A stretch of DNA of 64,000 bases from an uncultured Hyphomonadaceae bacterium (GTDB lineage: Bacteria > Pseudomonadota > Alphaproteobacteria > Caulobacterales > Hyphomonadaceae), in NCBI GenBank assembly GCA_964352025.1, contig CAYGPZ010000009.1:26971-90970 (forward strand). Reading direction: 5' to 3'. The notes under the pieces were generated by a model. That model was not told where the DNA came from and did no database searches. It was given only the letters and a program-made list of their open reading frames with translations. How positions within the stretch are numbered: the stretch's first letter is position 1; each line of letters opens with the position of its first letter. Shown here piece by piece: positions 46,404 through 57,080 of the stretch. The translations under genes were made by a program, and so were the position numbers.

Positions 46404-46823
46404 ATGACGCGCCGTATATTGATCGAACTTGCACTTTTCATGATACCGTTTCTGGTCTTCTTCATGTATCGTGCAGCATCAAAAAATATGAGTGTTAAAG
46501 ATAGGTGGCCATTAATGTGGCTGGTTATCGCTGGTGGTGCCATTGCTGGTGGCGGTTTGATTATTAAAGCGCTCAGTCATCCCTCCGATAAAGGCTTATG
46601 TCTTCAGGCTGCGAGATATGAAAATCGGGTATTTATTCCGGCTCAAAAAGTTCCTTGTGATGAAGTTATTACGCCAAAAAGCAGTGGTGCAACATCTGCA
46701 GCTGGCGCTGATAGTGAAGGTGGTGAGGCTTTAAAATCGACCGCTCGAAAATTACCAACCGTTATGGAGCCGGAAACGTCTAGCTCTGAAGATGCTGAAG
46801 AGACTGGACCAGATGGCAATTGA
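46404..46823 (+). CDS. Hypothetical two-TM membrane protein
   Basis: Two hydrophobic helices (LIELALFMIPFLVFFMY; LMWLVIAGGAIAGGGLII) and a low-complexity acidic tail. Confidence 0.5.
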   Translation: MTRRILIELALFMIPFLVFFMYRAASKNMSVKDRWPLMWLVIAGGAIAGGGLIIKALSHPSDKGLCLQAARYENRVFIPAQKVPCDEVITPKSSGATSAAGADSEGGEALKSTARKLPTVMEPETSSSEDAEETGPDGN

Positions 46824-48087
46824 ATTAATGAACAGATTGCCTGTTCAGCCTTGGATGCAAGCCGATGGCGCACGCCGTGTTATGCGCGCATTGAACGCGA
46901 ATGCGCCGGATAGTGCGCGTTTTGTAGGGGGCTGTGTTCGCAATGCTTTATTGGGTGTTCCTGTTTCTGACATCGACATTGCCACCAAGTGGGAGCCTGA
47001 AGAAGTTGTTCGTCGGTTGAGGGCCTCGGATATTGCAGTTCACCCAACTGGGATAGAGCATGGGACTGTGACGGCAGTTGCAAACCACCAGATATATGAA
47101 GTGACAACTCTTAGGCGTGATGTGTCTACGGACGGCAGGCGTGCGACTGTGGCGTTCACTCAAGATTGGGCAGAAGATGCGCAACGCCGTGATTTCCACG
47201 TCAATGCACTTTATTGCGATATGATGGGGGATCTTTTAGATCCTACCGGACAAGGCATATCCGATCTTCGTCATCAGAAAATTGTATTCATTGGCAATGC
47301 TGACCGTCGTCTGGAAGAAGACTATTTACGAATATTGAGATTTTTCCGTTTCAATGCCTGGTATGGTTCTGGACGTATAGATACTGACGGGTTGAGTGCC
47401 TGTATGCGGCAAAGGGCTGGGCTGGACAGCATTTCGGTTGAACGCGTTTGGTCCGAGATTAAAAAAATTCTCTCAGCAAAAGACCCACGTATTGTTGTAG
47501 AAGCCATGTCTCAGACAGGTGTTCTTCAATTTGTTTTGCCCGAAGCGAGTGGATTGGATTTGTTAAATTCTTTGGTCGCGTTGGAATTGGAAGAAAACCT
47601 AGAACCAGACCCTTTCTTAAGGCTGCTCTCTCTTTATCCAAAAGATTACAATATCATAGCGGCTGATGTGCGCCGTTTGAAAATGTCGAATAAAGAGAAA
47701 AAACGTCTTCTGGATACGGCATCTGATGCGACGGATTTTTCAAAAGAGTTTTCAGCAAGAGAATTTCGCAAAGCAATTTATGCTGCCGGTAGAGATGTCT
47801 TTTATGGGCGCGCATGCTTAGCTTGGGCGGTGCGTGGTAAGGACACGAACCATCGCTATTGGCGAGTATTGTTGGATGCCGTCAATAAATATGAACGCCC
47901 AATATTTCCTATAAGTGGAGAGCATATTATTGCTGTTGGTGTTCCCGAAGGAAGGCCTGTGGGCGAAGTGCTTCTACGTGTGAAGCAGTGGTGGATTGAT
48001 TCTGATTTTCCTTTGGATATCGCGCTCATCGCACGTCAGATGCGAATATATGCTGATGAAATAAAGCAAAGAGAAAACTCTCAATAA
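46813..48087 (+). CDS. cca: CCA-adding enzyme / poly(A) polymerase-family tRNA nucleotidyltransferase
   Basis: GGCVRNALLGVPVSDIDIAT and RRD..VNAL head-domain motifs. The start is placed at the Met overlapping the upstream stop. Confidence 0.85.
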   Translation: MAIELMNRLPVQPWMQADGARRVMRALNANAPDSARFVGGCVRNALLGVPVSDIDIATKWEPEEVVRRLRASDIAVHPTGIEHGTVTAVANHQIYEVTTLRRDVSTDGRRATVAFTQDWAEDAQRRDFHVNALYCDMMGDLLDPTGQGISDLRHQKIVFIGNADRRLEEDYLRILRFFRFNAWYGSGRIDTDGLSACMRQRAGLDSISVERVWSEIKKILSAKDPRIVVEAMSQTGVLQFVLPEASGLDLLNSLVALELEENLEPDPFLRLLSLYPKDYNIIAADVRRLKMSNKEKKRLLDTASDATDFSKEFSAREFRKAIYAAGRDVFYGRACLAWAVRGKDTNHRYWRVLLDAVNKYERPIFPISGEHIIAVGVPEGRPVGEVLLRVKQWWIDSDFPLDIALIARQMRIYADEIKQRENSQ

Positions 48088-48102
48088 TAGGTGAGTTGCG
48101 TT

Positions 48103-48351
48103 CTAAAAGTCTGGATTGTCGAATAGGCCAGTCCAGCGAGCACCTTTTTGAAGGCCGAAAATACCACCCAAAATAGCAGAACCACCAATGCACATAAATG
48201 CGATCGCTTTTGCGACTATTTGGTGGTTTTCTTCCATGGCGAGCAATTGTTCATTCAGCCCGCCGTAAATGATGACGCCCAAAACGAGTCCGACCATGCC
48301 CATAAAGAAGGACACGACAAAGGTCGCGATTGCTTTTAAAAACGTGAACAA
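48103..48351 (-). CDS. Small hydrophobic membrane protein
   Basis: 82 aa with 2-3 predicted TM helices. No recognised family. Confidence 0.45.
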   Translation of the reverse strand: MFTFLKAIATFVVSFFMGMVGLVLGVIIYGGLNEQLLAMEENHQIVAKAIAFMCIGGSAILGGIFGLQKGARWTGLFDNPDF

Positions 48352-48459
48352 TCAATCTTCTCCGACAGTCCAGATTTCTCTACATTGGACATTTAAGGCT
48401 GCTATAATTTCTATGATGGCGAATAAGTTGGAAATTGCCAAGCTTCATTGAAGCTTTGA

Positions 48460-49353
48460 CTAGGGCCATTTTACAACTGGTGGCATTGAAGAAAGAATAG
48501 ATTTGACGTTTCCGCCTGTCTTTAGGCCGAAAGTTGTTCCACGGTCATAAAGTAGATTGAATTCAACATAGCGTCCGCGTTGAATAAGTTGTTCATCCCG
48601 ATCAGCCGCATTCCAGCTCTGATTCATCCGGTTGCGGACTATCTCTGGGTAGCTGTCTTTAAAGGCAAGTCCGACATCTTTGGTGAATGCAAGGTCTGCA
48701 TCCCAGTCGCCGCTATCGTGTCTATCGTAGAAAATACCACCAATGCCGCGTGGTTCATCACGGTGTGCAAGATGAAAATATTCATCGCACCAGTCTTTGA
48801 AACGCGGATAATCGGCGGCTTCATGCTTGTCACATGCGGTTTTCATTGATTCGTGAAATGCGATGGCGTCAGGGTTTTCCTGATTGCGTTGATTATGCAT
48901 GAGCGGTGTGAGGTCCGCGCCGCCACCAAACCATGACTTAGATGTACATATCATACGTGTATTCATATGAACGGCGGGAACATGCGGATTGTGCAGGTGC
49001 GCAATGAGAGAAATTCCGGATGCCCAGAATTTACCATCATTTTCTTCAGCGCCTGGAATTTGTTTGCGAAAATCTTCCGAAAATTCACCGAAGACTGTGG
49101 AAGTGTGGACGCCGACTTTTTCAAACAAGCGACCTTTCATCATTCCCATTGTTCCGCCACCAAGGTCTTCGTTGTCGTCGCCCCGTTTCCAAGGCGTCAT
49201 CTCGAATTTGCCTGCTTCGCCTTTGTAAAGTGGTGGAGCAGCCTCTAATTCCAACGCTTCGAATGAGGCAATAATGTCTTTTTGCAATTGCTCGAACCAT
49301 GCTCGGGCAGTGGATTTGCGTATTTCCATTTGTTCTGGAGATATATCTGACAT
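48460..49353 (-). CDS. hemF: Oxygen-dependent coproporphyrinogen III oxidase
   Basis: Full-length similarity: [40 protein letters not shown]. Confidence 0.95.
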   Translation of the reverse strand: MSDISPEQMEIRKSTARAWFEQLQKDIIASFEALELEAAPPLYKGEAGKFEMTPWKRGDDNEDLGGGTMGMMKGRLFEKVGVHTSTVFGEFSEDFRKQIPGAEENDGKFWASGISLIAHLHNPHVPAVHMNTRMICTSKSWFGGGADLTPLMHNQRNQENPDAIAFHESMKTACDKHEAADYPRFKDWCDEYFHLAHRDEPRGIGGIFYDRHDSGDWDADLAFTKDVGLAFKDSYPEIVRNRMNQSWNAADRDEQLIQRGRYVEFNLLYDRGTTFGLKTGGNVKSILSSMPPVVKWP

Positions 49354-49487
49354 GGTAAAAGCCTAACTAAACTTGGATTATTCAACGAAAGCTGACGGAT
49401 GGATGATATATTTTTCCAATTTGTCTTAGCGTCGATAATCTTTTTGTCTATGAGTGGTGTCGAGATTCATAGGGAAGGTAATGAGAC

Positions 49488-50087
49488 ATGCACATGAAGA
49501 ATATTCAGCTGACTATAATATCGGCTATCGCGATAGCTCTTTCAGCATGTGGCAAAGAAGAAGCCTCATTTATCGAGAAGGCCTGTATTAGCGAAGGCAC
49601 GGACGTTGCTGAATGTGCGTGTATGGCTGAGGCGCTTCAAAATAATATTTCTGACGAACTTTATGCTGAACTTGAAGGCGTTGCTAAAGACTCAGGTGCG
49701 CAAGCTGTAGCATTGAAAATGATGGATTTTTCTGAACAAGAAAAACACGAAATAGGGGCGGCGGTCGCAAATGGATGTGCAGAAGCCTTTCAAGATTCAA
49801 GCGAACCTGAAGAACCTGTCTCAACTGATTTAAGTTCAATGACTCCAGATGAAGCCATGATTGCGGCATGTCAGGTAGATGGCAACACATCCCAAATGTG
49901 TGGATGCTGGGCAGCGCATGTCAAACAAAATGTTTCATCATCTAAGTATGAACTTATGGCGCAAGGCGCGAAAAGGTCTGGCAATGATGGGCTAACCTCT
50001 GCCGTAAGAGGCATGAGCGATGAAGAACAAATGTCTGTTGGGGTTGTTCTTATGGAAGCTGGTACAATCTGCGGCGAAGCAAATTAG
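49488..50087 (+). CDS. Hypothetical Cys-rich lipoprotein with an internal duplication
   Basis: Lipobox LSAC. Two ~70-aa repeats share AC-x(8-9)-CxC...N(I/V)S...Y...AK.SG...(D/S)xxE(Q/K)...G...C(A/G)EA. Confidence 0.55.
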   Translation: MHMKNIQLTIISAIAIALSACGKEEASFIEKACISEGTDVAECACMAEALQNNISDELYAELEGVAKDSGAQAVALKMMDFSEQEKHEIGAAVANGCAEAFQDSSEPEEPVSTDLSSMTPDEAMIAACQVDGNTSQMCGCWAAHVKQNVSSSKYELMAQGAKRSGNDGLTSAVRGMSDEEQMSVGVVLMEAGTICGEAN

Positions 50088-50093
50088 TATAAT

Positions 50094-50131
50094 AAGCAGG
50101 CCAATATCCTTGCGAAATACTGGCCTGCTTA
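50094..50131. terminator. Hairpin between convergent genes (weak T-tract)
   Basis: AGCAGGCCA-17 nt-TGGCCTGCT. Confidence 0.5.
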
Positions 50132-50134
50132 AAC

Positions 50135-50593
50135 TTATTTAGGCAATTGGCCAGTTTGTCTGAGTGCTTCGTGTAGTGCAATTGCTGCACTCACGGACAC
50201 ATTCAGAGAGCGTGCTTCGGGATTTAAGGGAATCACACACCTCACATCGGCCGAATCATGGACGTCATCTGGGACGCCAGCGCTCTCTCTGCCGAACAAA
50301 AGTGTGTCACCTGATTCGAATTTTGTCTCTAAAAGTGGCGTTGCACCCTTTGTTGTAAATAAAACAAGACGTCCTTTCTTGCGATCAGGCGAATTTTTAA
50401 AGGCTGTCCAGCTATCATGGTGTTCAACGTCCACCATAGGCCCATAATCCATTGCAGAACGCCGTAACGCCTTGGATGTTAGGGGGAAGCCACAAGGGCC
50501 GATTATATCCACTTTTGTCGAAAAACATGCCGCAATTCGGAAATTAGAGCCAAGATTTTGTGGAATGTCAGGTTGATAGAATGCGATCTGCAA
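50135..50593 (-). CDS. trmL: tRNA (cytidine/uridine-2'-O)-methyltransferase, SpoU/TrmL family
   Basis: 152 aa. IAFYQPDIPQN.G...R and LLFG.E..G.P, with C-terminal SLNVSVSAAIALHEA typical of TrmL. Confidence 0.85.
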   Translation of the reverse strand: MQIAFYQPDIPQNLGSNFRIAACFSTKVDIIGPCGFPLTSKALRRSAMDYGPMVDVEHHDSWTAFKNSPDRKKGRLVLFTTKGATPLLETKFESGDTLLFGRESAGVPDDVHDSADVRCVIPLNPEARSLNVSVSAAIALHEALRQTGQLPK

Positions 50594-50712
50594 TGTAGGT
50601 GCTTCTCCTAATATATTTTCTGGGGCTGTTGCGACATCGCGTCACCGTGCGCTTTTCGTAGCTATCTATAGAAGTTCTTGCAATAACTCCAATTGCGCTA
50701 GGGGTCTGTACG

Positions 50713-51282
50713 TTGTCTGACGCACACACATCAAATACCAAAGAAGATGGCGAAACTCGCCGTGACTTTATACACATTGCCGCTGGTACGGCATTCGCTG
50801 GTGGTGCCGCCGCCGTTGCATGGCCTTTCGTCATGCAACTGGGGCCTGCTGCTGATACTAGAGCTGCATCAAGTGCAGAAGTTGATACATCGAAAATTCC
50901 CGTAGGTGGCGAAATTCGTGTGTTGATTGGTGGTAAACCTTTCTTCGTACGTCGCCGCACAGACGCTGAAATAGCGGCTGCGGAAGCTGTAGATGTGAAC
51001 AAACTTCCTGATCCGGAAACGGATTCGGATCGTTTGGTTCCAATGCAGAATGGTGAACTTAACAAAGCTATTCTTGTGACATCAGGTGCTTGTACGCACC
51101 TTGGTTGTGTGCCTGTAGGGCCAGCACAAGGTAGCACGGGTGATTTTGGCGGTTGGTACTGTCCATGTCACGGTTCGCACTATGACACGTCTGGACGTAT
51201 TCGTAAGGGACCGGCACCGACCAACTTGCCAGTGCCAACTTACGCATATTTGTCTGACTCTCTCATCAAAATTTCGTTGTAA
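50713..51282 (+). CDS. petA: Ubiquinol-cytochrome c reductase Rieske iron-sulfur subunit
   Basis: Tat-like TRRDFI. Rieske boxes CTHLGCVP and [11 protein letters not shown] start with AGGGG upstream. Confidence 0.93.
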   Translation: MSDAHTSNTKEDGETRRDFIHIAAGTAFAGGAAAVAWPFVMQLGPAADTRAASSAEVDTSKIPVGGEIRVLIGGKPFFVRRRTDAEIAAAEAVDVNKLPDPETDSDRLVPMQNGELNKAILVTSGACTHLGCVPVGPAQGSTGDFGGWYCPCHGSHYDTSGRIRKGPAPTNLPVPTYAYLSDSLIKISL

Positions 51283-51295
51283 GGGGACCTATCGC

Positions 51296-52774
51296 ATGAG
51301 TGGACCGTCTACATACGAACCAAAAACCGGCTTTGAAAAATGGCTCGATACGCGCCTGCCGATTATTAGGTTTGCAAACGACACGGCGATTGATTTTCCA
51401 ACGCCAAAAAACCTGAATTACTGGTGGACTTTCGGGGGTATCCTCGCAATCTGTCTCATTATTCAGATCGTTACAGGTATTGTTCTGGCCATGCACTATG
51501 TGCCGGACACAACGAAAGCGTTTGCTTCGGTTGAGCGTATTATGCGCGATGTGGAATTTGGATGGTTGATCCGTTATATCCACGCAAACGGTGCATCCAT
51601 GTTCTTCTTGGCCGTGTATATTCACATGTTCCGTGGTCTTTACTATGGATCATATAAAGCACCGCGTGAGGTCCTTTGGATCTTGGGTGTTGTGATTTAC
51701 TTGATCATGATGGGAACAGCATTCCTTGGTTACGTGCTTCCATGGGGACAAATGTCTTACCATGGTGCAAGCGTGATCACATCTTTGATCGGTGCTATCC
51801 CGTTGGTTGGTGATACTGTGAAGACATTCCTTCAGGGTGGTCCAGCGATCGGTGACCCGACATTGAACCGCTTCTTCTCACTTCACTATCTATTGCCATT
51901 TATTATCTTTGGTATTGTTGTACTTCACGTATGGGCTTTGCACGTACCAGGAAACAACAACCCGACCGGTGTATCAGTTAAGGATGTTAAGAAGGACACT
52001 ATTCCTTTCCACCCTTACTACACAGTGAAAGATGGTTTCGCGATCCTCGTTTTCTTGATGATCTTTGCATACTTCGTGTTCTACGCGCCGAATGCTCTTG
52101 GTCACACAGACAACTATATCGAAGCTAACCCGCTACAAACGCCTGCACACATTGTTCCTGAGTGGTATTTGCTACCATTCTACGCAATCTTGCGTGCTGT
52201 TACTTTTGACATCGGTCCAATCGATGCGAAACTAGGTGGTGTTATCGCCATGTTTGGTGCCATTGCGATTTTGTTCGTCCTTCCTTGGTTGGACACATCA
52301 AAAGTACGTTCAATGCGTTACCGTCCATTGGCGAAACAATTCTTTGTATTGTTTGTTGTTGCGGGTATCGGATTGGGCTTTGCGGGTGCAAACAACCCTG
52401 ATGATCACTTTTTCCCTTTCCGCGAAGATAAACTAGTTGTGGCCTATACTGATGAAGCAGGTGAATCTGCTAAGTCTGAGTTGTTCTCAGATTATCACGA
52501 TGCCGAGCACTTCATTGAAGGCCTTCCTGTGACAGCTAAACCAAGCTTGGAAATCTCTAAAGCTGGTTTCAAATGGTTATGGATCGCTCAAATTCTAGGG
52601 CTTTACTACTTCGCTTACTTCCTCGTTATCCTGCCAATCCTTGGTGTGACTGAAAAACCAAAACCGCGTCCAGCATCTATCGCTGACAGCGTTTTGGGTC
52701 ACAAAAAGGCTTCAAAGGGTGGTACGCCAATCCCAGGTTCTGCGTCTGCTTCTGCAGCACGTGATGACGCTTAA
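51296..52774 (+). CDS. petB: Cytochrome b (with an insertion and a C-terminal extension)
   Basis: [36 protein letters not shown]. The ATG at 51296 (MSGPSTYEP) lies after the petA stop; the track ORF starts at 51140. Confidence 0.95.
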   Translation: MSGPSTYEPKTGFEKWLDTRLPIIRFANDTAIDFPTPKNLNYWWTFGGILAICLIIQIVTGIVLAMHYVPDTTKAFASVERIMRDVEFGWLIRYIHANGASMFFLAVYIHMFRGLYYGSYKAPREVLWILGVVIYLIMMGTAFLGYVLPWGQMSYHGASVITSLIGAIPLVGDTVKTFLQGGPAIGDPTLNRFFSLHYLLPFIIFGIVVLHVWALHVPGNNNPTGVSVKDVKKDTIPFHPYYTVKDGFAILVFLMIFAYFVFYAPNALGHTDNYIEANPLQTPAHIVPEWYLLPFYAILRAVTFDIGPIDAKLGGVIAMFGAIAILFVLPWLDTSKVRSMRYRPLAKQFFVLFVVAGIGLGFAGANNPDDHFFPFREDKLVVAYTDEAGESAKSELFSDYHDAEHFIEGLPVTAKPSLEISKAGFKWLWIAQILGLYYFAYFLVILPILGVTEKPKPRPASIADSVLGHKKASKGGTPIPGSASASAARDDA

Positions 52775-52788
52775 GGAGATTTGACACT

Positions 52789-53697
52789 ATGCGTATTTTC
52801 AAACTCCTCGCTATTGCCGCTGCATCAGTTGGCCTCGTGACATCTGCTCACGCGGCAGGTGGTGCAAAGCACGCACATCCTCCTGAAGAAGGTTGGACGT
52901 TCGAAGGTAATTTTGGTTATTTCGATCAAGCCCAGCTTCAACGTGGTTACAAGGTGTACAGACAAGTCTGTGCATCATGTCACTCAATGGATTTGCTGCG
53001 TTTCCGTAATCTTGGGCAAAAGGGTGGACCATTCTATGATCCAGCCTACCCAAACCCGAATGACAATCCGATTGTAAAACAGCTTGCAGCTGATGCTGCT
53101 GAAGTTGACATTATCAATCAGGAAGATGGTTCAGATGATGTACGTGTTCGTAACTCATCAGATCCTTTCCCGAACCCATATGCAAATGCTGCTCAAGGGC
53201 GTTACGCGAATAATGGTGCACTTCCACCTGACTTGTCTGTTATTACAAAAGCACGTCATGGCGGAGCGTCTTACCTTTACTCGTTGTTGACAGGTTATCC
53301 TTCCGAAAAAGATATGGCGACTAAGTATGCTAAGCTGACTGTTCCTGATGGTCAGTATTACAACCCATACTTCCCGGGCGATGTAACACCTAACTGGGAT
53401 GGCGACCCGCGTCACCGTCACTATGATGGTTCAGAGCACGACAAAAACATGCTTCCATCAGGTGGTATGTTGGCTATGGCTCCACCATTGTTTGACGACA
53501 TGATCGAATTTGATGATGGTACGCCAGCAACTGTGGATCAAATGGCTAAAGATGTGTCTGCATTCCTTGCATGGGCAGGTGAGCCTAAAGCAGAAGTACG
53601 TAAGAAGCTCGGCTTCAGCGTCATGATCTATCTCTTGATCCTGACAGTGCTAGTATTCCTATCTTACAAACAGCTTTGGCGGAATGTAGAACACTAA
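52789..53697 (+). CDS. petC: Cytochrome c1
   Basis: Signal peptide, haem motif CASCHS, PPDLSVITKAR, and a C-terminal TM anchor. Confidence 0.9.
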   Translation: MRIFKLLAIAAASVGLVTSAHAAGGAKHAHPPEEGWTFEGNFGYFDQAQLQRGYKVYRQVCASCHSMDLLRFRNLGQKGGPFYDPAYPNPNDNPIVKQLAADAAEVDIINQEDGSDDVRVRNSSDPFPNPYANAAQGRYANNGALPPDLSVITKARHGGASYLYSLLTGYPSEKDMATKYAKLTVPDGQYYNPYFPGDVTPNWDGDPRHRHYDGSEHDKNMLPSGGMLAMAPPLFDDMIEFDDGTPATVDQMAKDVSAFLAWAGEPKAEVRKKLGFSVMIYLLILTVLVFLSYKQLWRNVEH

Positions 53698-53726
53698 CGT
53701 TCCTCTCCAATTCTGATGAAATTAGA

Positions 53727-53760
53727 AGGGCCGTAGTGTGGAAGCACTACGGCCTTTTTC
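53727..53760 (+). terminator. Rho-independent terminator of petABC
   Basis: GGCCGTAGTG-tggaag-CACTACGGCC followed by TTTTT. Confidence 0.85.
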
Positions 53761-53794
53761 TTTATTGGCCATCTAGAACAAAGGAGGTTGTATA

Positions 53795-54289
53795 ATGGCA
53801 CATTTGAACTCTGATTCAGCTATTCGTGATTTGACGGAGCGTTTGCTACAACAACAGCTTCCCAAAGATGAATGGACACATGAAGCCCACTTGGCGGCAG
53901 CAATCTGCCTGCACGTGGAGTATCCCAATTTTGATCTGAAAACGAATATGAAAGCAGTTATCTGTGCACATAATGAAAGTGTGGGAACTCCAAATTCAGA
54001 CACTGACGGTTACCACCACACAATAACGTTATTCTATGCGTATTTAGTTGAAGTCGTGTGTCTAAAAAATTCTGCTACATCTTCTTTGAGCGAAATTCTT
54101 GGAACGGTGATGAATTCTCCAATGGGAGATCGAAAATACACGTTAAAGTTTTATTCTAGTGAGGTTTTGTTTTCTGTGCTAGCGAGAAAACAATGGGTTG
54201 AACCAGATGTGAAATCATTGGATTTTATCAGCGAAGATATAGAGAAAAGTATCCTAGCAATGTCAGTTGATCGGAGCGAAATGAAATGA
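53795..54289 (+). CDS. Hypothetical protein
   Basis: Strong RBS AAGGAGG. 164 aa with no motif I recognise. ATGA overlap with mtnP. Confidence 0.5.
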   Translation: MAHLNSDSAIRDLTERLLQQQLPKDEWTHEAHLAAAICLHVEYPNFDLKTNMKAVICAHNESVGTPNSDTDGYHHTITLFYAYLVEVVCLKNSATSSLSEILGTVMNSPMGDRKYTLKFYSSEVLFSVLARKQWVEPDVKSLDFISEDIEKSILAMSVDRSEMK

Positions 54290-55161
54290 GTGAATGGACT
54301 CTTGGTGTAATCGGTGGCTCTGGTCTTTATGAGATTGATGGTGTTGAAAATGGTCGCTGGGAACGCGTAGAATCACCTTGGGGTGAAGCATCTGATGAAG
54401 TTTATCGCGGTAGCCTGAACGGTATTGATGTCGTCTTTCTGCCGCGTCATGGTCGAGGGCACAGTATCTCGCCATCTCATTTGAACTATCGCGCGAATAT
54501 TGATGTTCTAAAACGCTGTGGTGTGACGGATATATTGTCTCTATCTGCTGTTGGATCTTTGCGCGAGGATTATAAACCGGGCGATTTTGTCATGGTCGAT
54601 CAGTTTATTGATCGCACATTTGCCCGTGAAAAAAGCTTTTTTGGCGATGGCGTCGTTGCGCATGTATCTATGGCGCATCCAGTGTGTGAACGATTAGCCA
54701 ATATGGCGGCCGATGCAGCCGATATTGAGGACGTCACTGTGCACCGTGGCGGGACTTATCTGGTGATGGAAGGACCGCAATTTTCTTCATTGGCAGAGTC
54801 CACATTATATCGCCAATGGGGCTGTGATGTGATCGGCATGACCAATATGCCTGAAGCAAAACTCGCGCGGGAAGCCGAGATGTCTTATGCCACGCTAGCA
54901 ATGGTGACGGACTATGATTGCTGGCATGAAGAAGAGGACAATGTCTCTGTGACGAATGTGTTGGAAGTCCTAAAAGGAAATGCAGATTTGGGGCGGGCGA
55001 CAGTCAAAAACCTGATTGCTGCAATGTCCAAACAAGATCGTTCATTGACCAAGCAGGGTATAGAAACCGGACTTGATTTTGCGTTGATAACACCACCTCA
55101 TGCACGTGATCCAGAAACGTTGAAGAAGCTGGATGCAGTTGCTGGAAGAGTCCTTAAATGA
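54286..55161 (+). CDS. mtnP: S-methyl-5'-thioadenosine phosphorylase
   Basis: IGVIGGSGLY...FLPRHGRGH..SP..LNYRANI, GTY..MEGPQFS..AES, GMTNMPEAKLAREAE. Confidence 0.9.
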   Translation: MSEWTLGVIGGSGLYEIDGVENGRWERVESPWGEASDEVYRGSLNGIDVVFLPRHGRGHSISPSHLNYRANIDVLKRCGVTDILSLSAVGSLREDYKPGDFVMVDQFIDRTFAREKSFFGDGVVAHVSMAHPVCERLANMAADAADIEDVTVHRGGTYLVMEGPQFSSLAESTLYRQWGCDVIGMTNMPEAKLAREAEMSYATLAMVTDYDCWHEEEDNVSVTNVLEVLKGNADLGRATVKNLIAAMSKQDRSLTKQGIETGLDFALITPPHARDPETLKKLDAVAGRVLK

Positions 55162-55799
55162 GCGTGAAACTTTATATCGGAAACAAGAATTACTCGTCTT
55201 GGTCAATGCGGCCATGGCTGTGTCTGAAAAAGGCTGGTATCGCCTTTGAGGAAGAGGTTATTCCTCTGGATGCGCCAGGTTTTAAAGAGAAAATTCTTTC
55301 TATTTCAGCAGCGGGTACGGTCCCGATTCTGGTTGTTGATGGTGTTGTGGTAACTGAGAGCCTCGCAATCGCAGAATGGGCAGCAGAGCAAAATTCCACG
55401 CTGTGGCCTAGTGATAGTCTAGTGCGCGCTGCAGCGAGTTTGATGCATGCTGGGTTTAGCGAATTGCGCAAGCATTGCTCAATGAATATACGGGCTAAAT
55501 CGACGAGAGAAGTACCTGCTTCAGCAATGGAAGATGCGGCACGGATTGACGCATTTTGGAATGTGTGGCTGGAGAAATATTCCAGTCCAGAAAAACCATT
55601 TTTGTTTGGAGAATGGTCTATTGCTGACGCGTTTTATGCGCCAGTTGTGACACGGTTTCAAACATTTAGTATACCTAGGTCCCAGCGCGCTCAAAGTTAT
55701 ATTGAGGCAATGGAAGCTGAAACAAACTTTAAGATATGGTCGCAGGCGGCTGCGAAGGAAGAATGGAAAATTGAATGGGCTGACGCAGATTTAAGTTAG
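55158..55799 (+). CDS. Glutathione S-transferase family protein
   Basis: N-terminal thioredoxin-like fold (LYIGNKNYSSWSMRPW...VPILVVDG..V.ESLAI.EW). ATGA overlap with mtnP. Confidence 0.8.
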   Translation: MSVKLYIGNKNYSSWSMRPWLCLKKAGIAFEEEVIPLDAPGFKEKILSISAAGTVPILVVDGVVVTESLAIAEWAAEQNSTLWPSDSLVRAAASLMHAGFSELRKHCSMNIRAKSTREVPASAMEDAARIDAFWNVWLEKYSSPEKPFLFGEWSIADAFYAPVVTRFQTFSIPRSQRAQSYIEAMEAETNFKIWSQAAAKEEWKIEWADADLS

Positions 55800-55825
55800 C
55801 CTGAGCATTTTTGTGAAGGTGTCAT

Positions 55826-56383
55826 GTGGCGTTAGAACGTGTTCGATTTGATATTGGGGAATATGAGTTAATCCCGTTGGAGGAAGCTGATCCGACTGCG
55901 ATTGCGGATTTTCATATGCGCAATAAAGAACGTTTTGCACCATATAGCCCATTAAGGTCGAAATTTTATTTTACAAAACCTCATTGGAAAAAAGCGTGCA
56001 CACGATCAAGACGGGAACGCAAAGCCGAAACAGCACTAAGGTGGGTTTTGGTTTTGAAGGAAGATGTTATCGGGCAAGTGAGTCTGGATCAGATTTTTAA
56101 AGGTGTTCGCCAGTCTGGTTCGTTGAGCTATTTGTTGGACGAAGCCCATGAAGGCAGAGGTTTGATGACGCAAAGCTTAGATCGTGTTTTAAAGTTTGCG
56201 TTTGAAACATTGAACCTTCACCGTGTGACGGCAAACCATATTCCTGAAAATGAGAAATCAGCTTCTGTTCTTGAACGACTTGGTTTTGAAAAAGAAGGTT
56301 ACGCAAAATCTTTTCTGAAGTTAAATGGCCAGTGGAAAGATCATGTTTTAAATGCACGTATTAATCCCGACCATGTTGGATAA
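55826..56383 (+). CDS. GNAT family N-acetyltransferase (RimJ/RimL-like)
   Basis: [49 protein letters not shown]. Confidence 0.8.
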   Translation: MALERVRFDIGEYELIPLEEADPTAIADFHMRNKERFAPYSPLRSKFYFTKPHWKKACTRSRRERKAETALRWVLVLKEDVIGQVSLDQIFKGVRQSGSLSYLLDEAHEGRGLMTQSLDRVLKFAFETLNLHRVTANHIPENEKSASVLERLGFEKEGYAKSFLKLNGQWKDHVLNARINPDHVG

Positions 56384-56409
56384 GACAAATACAAAGTTTA
56401 GGTAGTTTT

Positions 56410-56937
56410 ATGGATATTAGATCATTAATTCGCACAATTCCTGATTACCCAAAGCCGGGAATTATGTTTCGTGATGTCACGACATTAATGGGGCACCCTC
56501 AGGGGTTTCGTCGGGCCGTAGATGAATTGGTTCAGCCATTTGCTGGTTTGAAAATTGATAAAGTTGCGGGAATCGAAGCGCGTGGATTTATTCTAGGTGG
56601 CGCTTGTGCACATCAATTATCTGCTGGGTTTGTACCTTTGCGAAAAAAAGGCAAGCTTCCATATGATGCGATTTCCCAGTCTTATGAATTAGAATATGGG
56701 ACAGATGAATTGGAAATGCATGTTGATGCGGTTGCTGAAGGCGAACGCGTTTTGATTGTAGATGACCTAATTGCGACAGGTGGAACAGCGGAAGCGGGTA
56801 TCAAATTACTCCAAAAAGCGGGTGCAAAAGTGGAAGCTGCGATTTTTCTTGTAGACCTTCCAGAATTGGGCGGAAGTCAAAAAATTCAAGATTTAGGCGT
56901 CCCAACACAGTCTTTGATGGCTTTTGATGGACATTAA
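56410..56937 (+). CDS. apt: Adenine phosphoribosyltransferase
   Basis: [18 protein letters not shown] and PRPP motif [14 protein letters not shown]. Confidence 0.93.
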   Translation: MDIRSLIRTIPDYPKPGIMFRDVTTLMGHPQGFRRAVDELVQPFAGLKIDKVAGIEARGFILGGACAHQLSAGFVPLRKKGKLPYDAISQSYELEYGTDELEMHVDAVAEGERVLIVDDLIATGGTAEAGIKLLQKAGAKVEAAIFLVDLPELGGSQKIQDLGVPTQSLMAFDGH

Positions 56938-57080
56938 TCGTGTTTTGCCAAGGTTTCAGAAAGGATTAGTGCGTGATAAACGCATATGAAACGTGTTTGA
57001 CCCATTGACCCGAGGGCCAATGCATCACACCTAATGTGTACAACTATTTTTCCCGAAAGCTCTGGGAGCACTATACGATA

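Noticed and set aside
50568-51137. A 189-aa minus-strand ORF overlapping petA.
   Set aside because: It is the antisense shadow of the Rieske gene. petA has unmistakable CTHLGC/CPCHGS motifs, and the antisense product has no motifs.
51140-51295. Upstream extension of the cytochrome b ORF overlapping petA.
   Set aside because: The conserved PetB N-terminus ([18 protein letters not shown]) starts at 51296, just after the petA stop.
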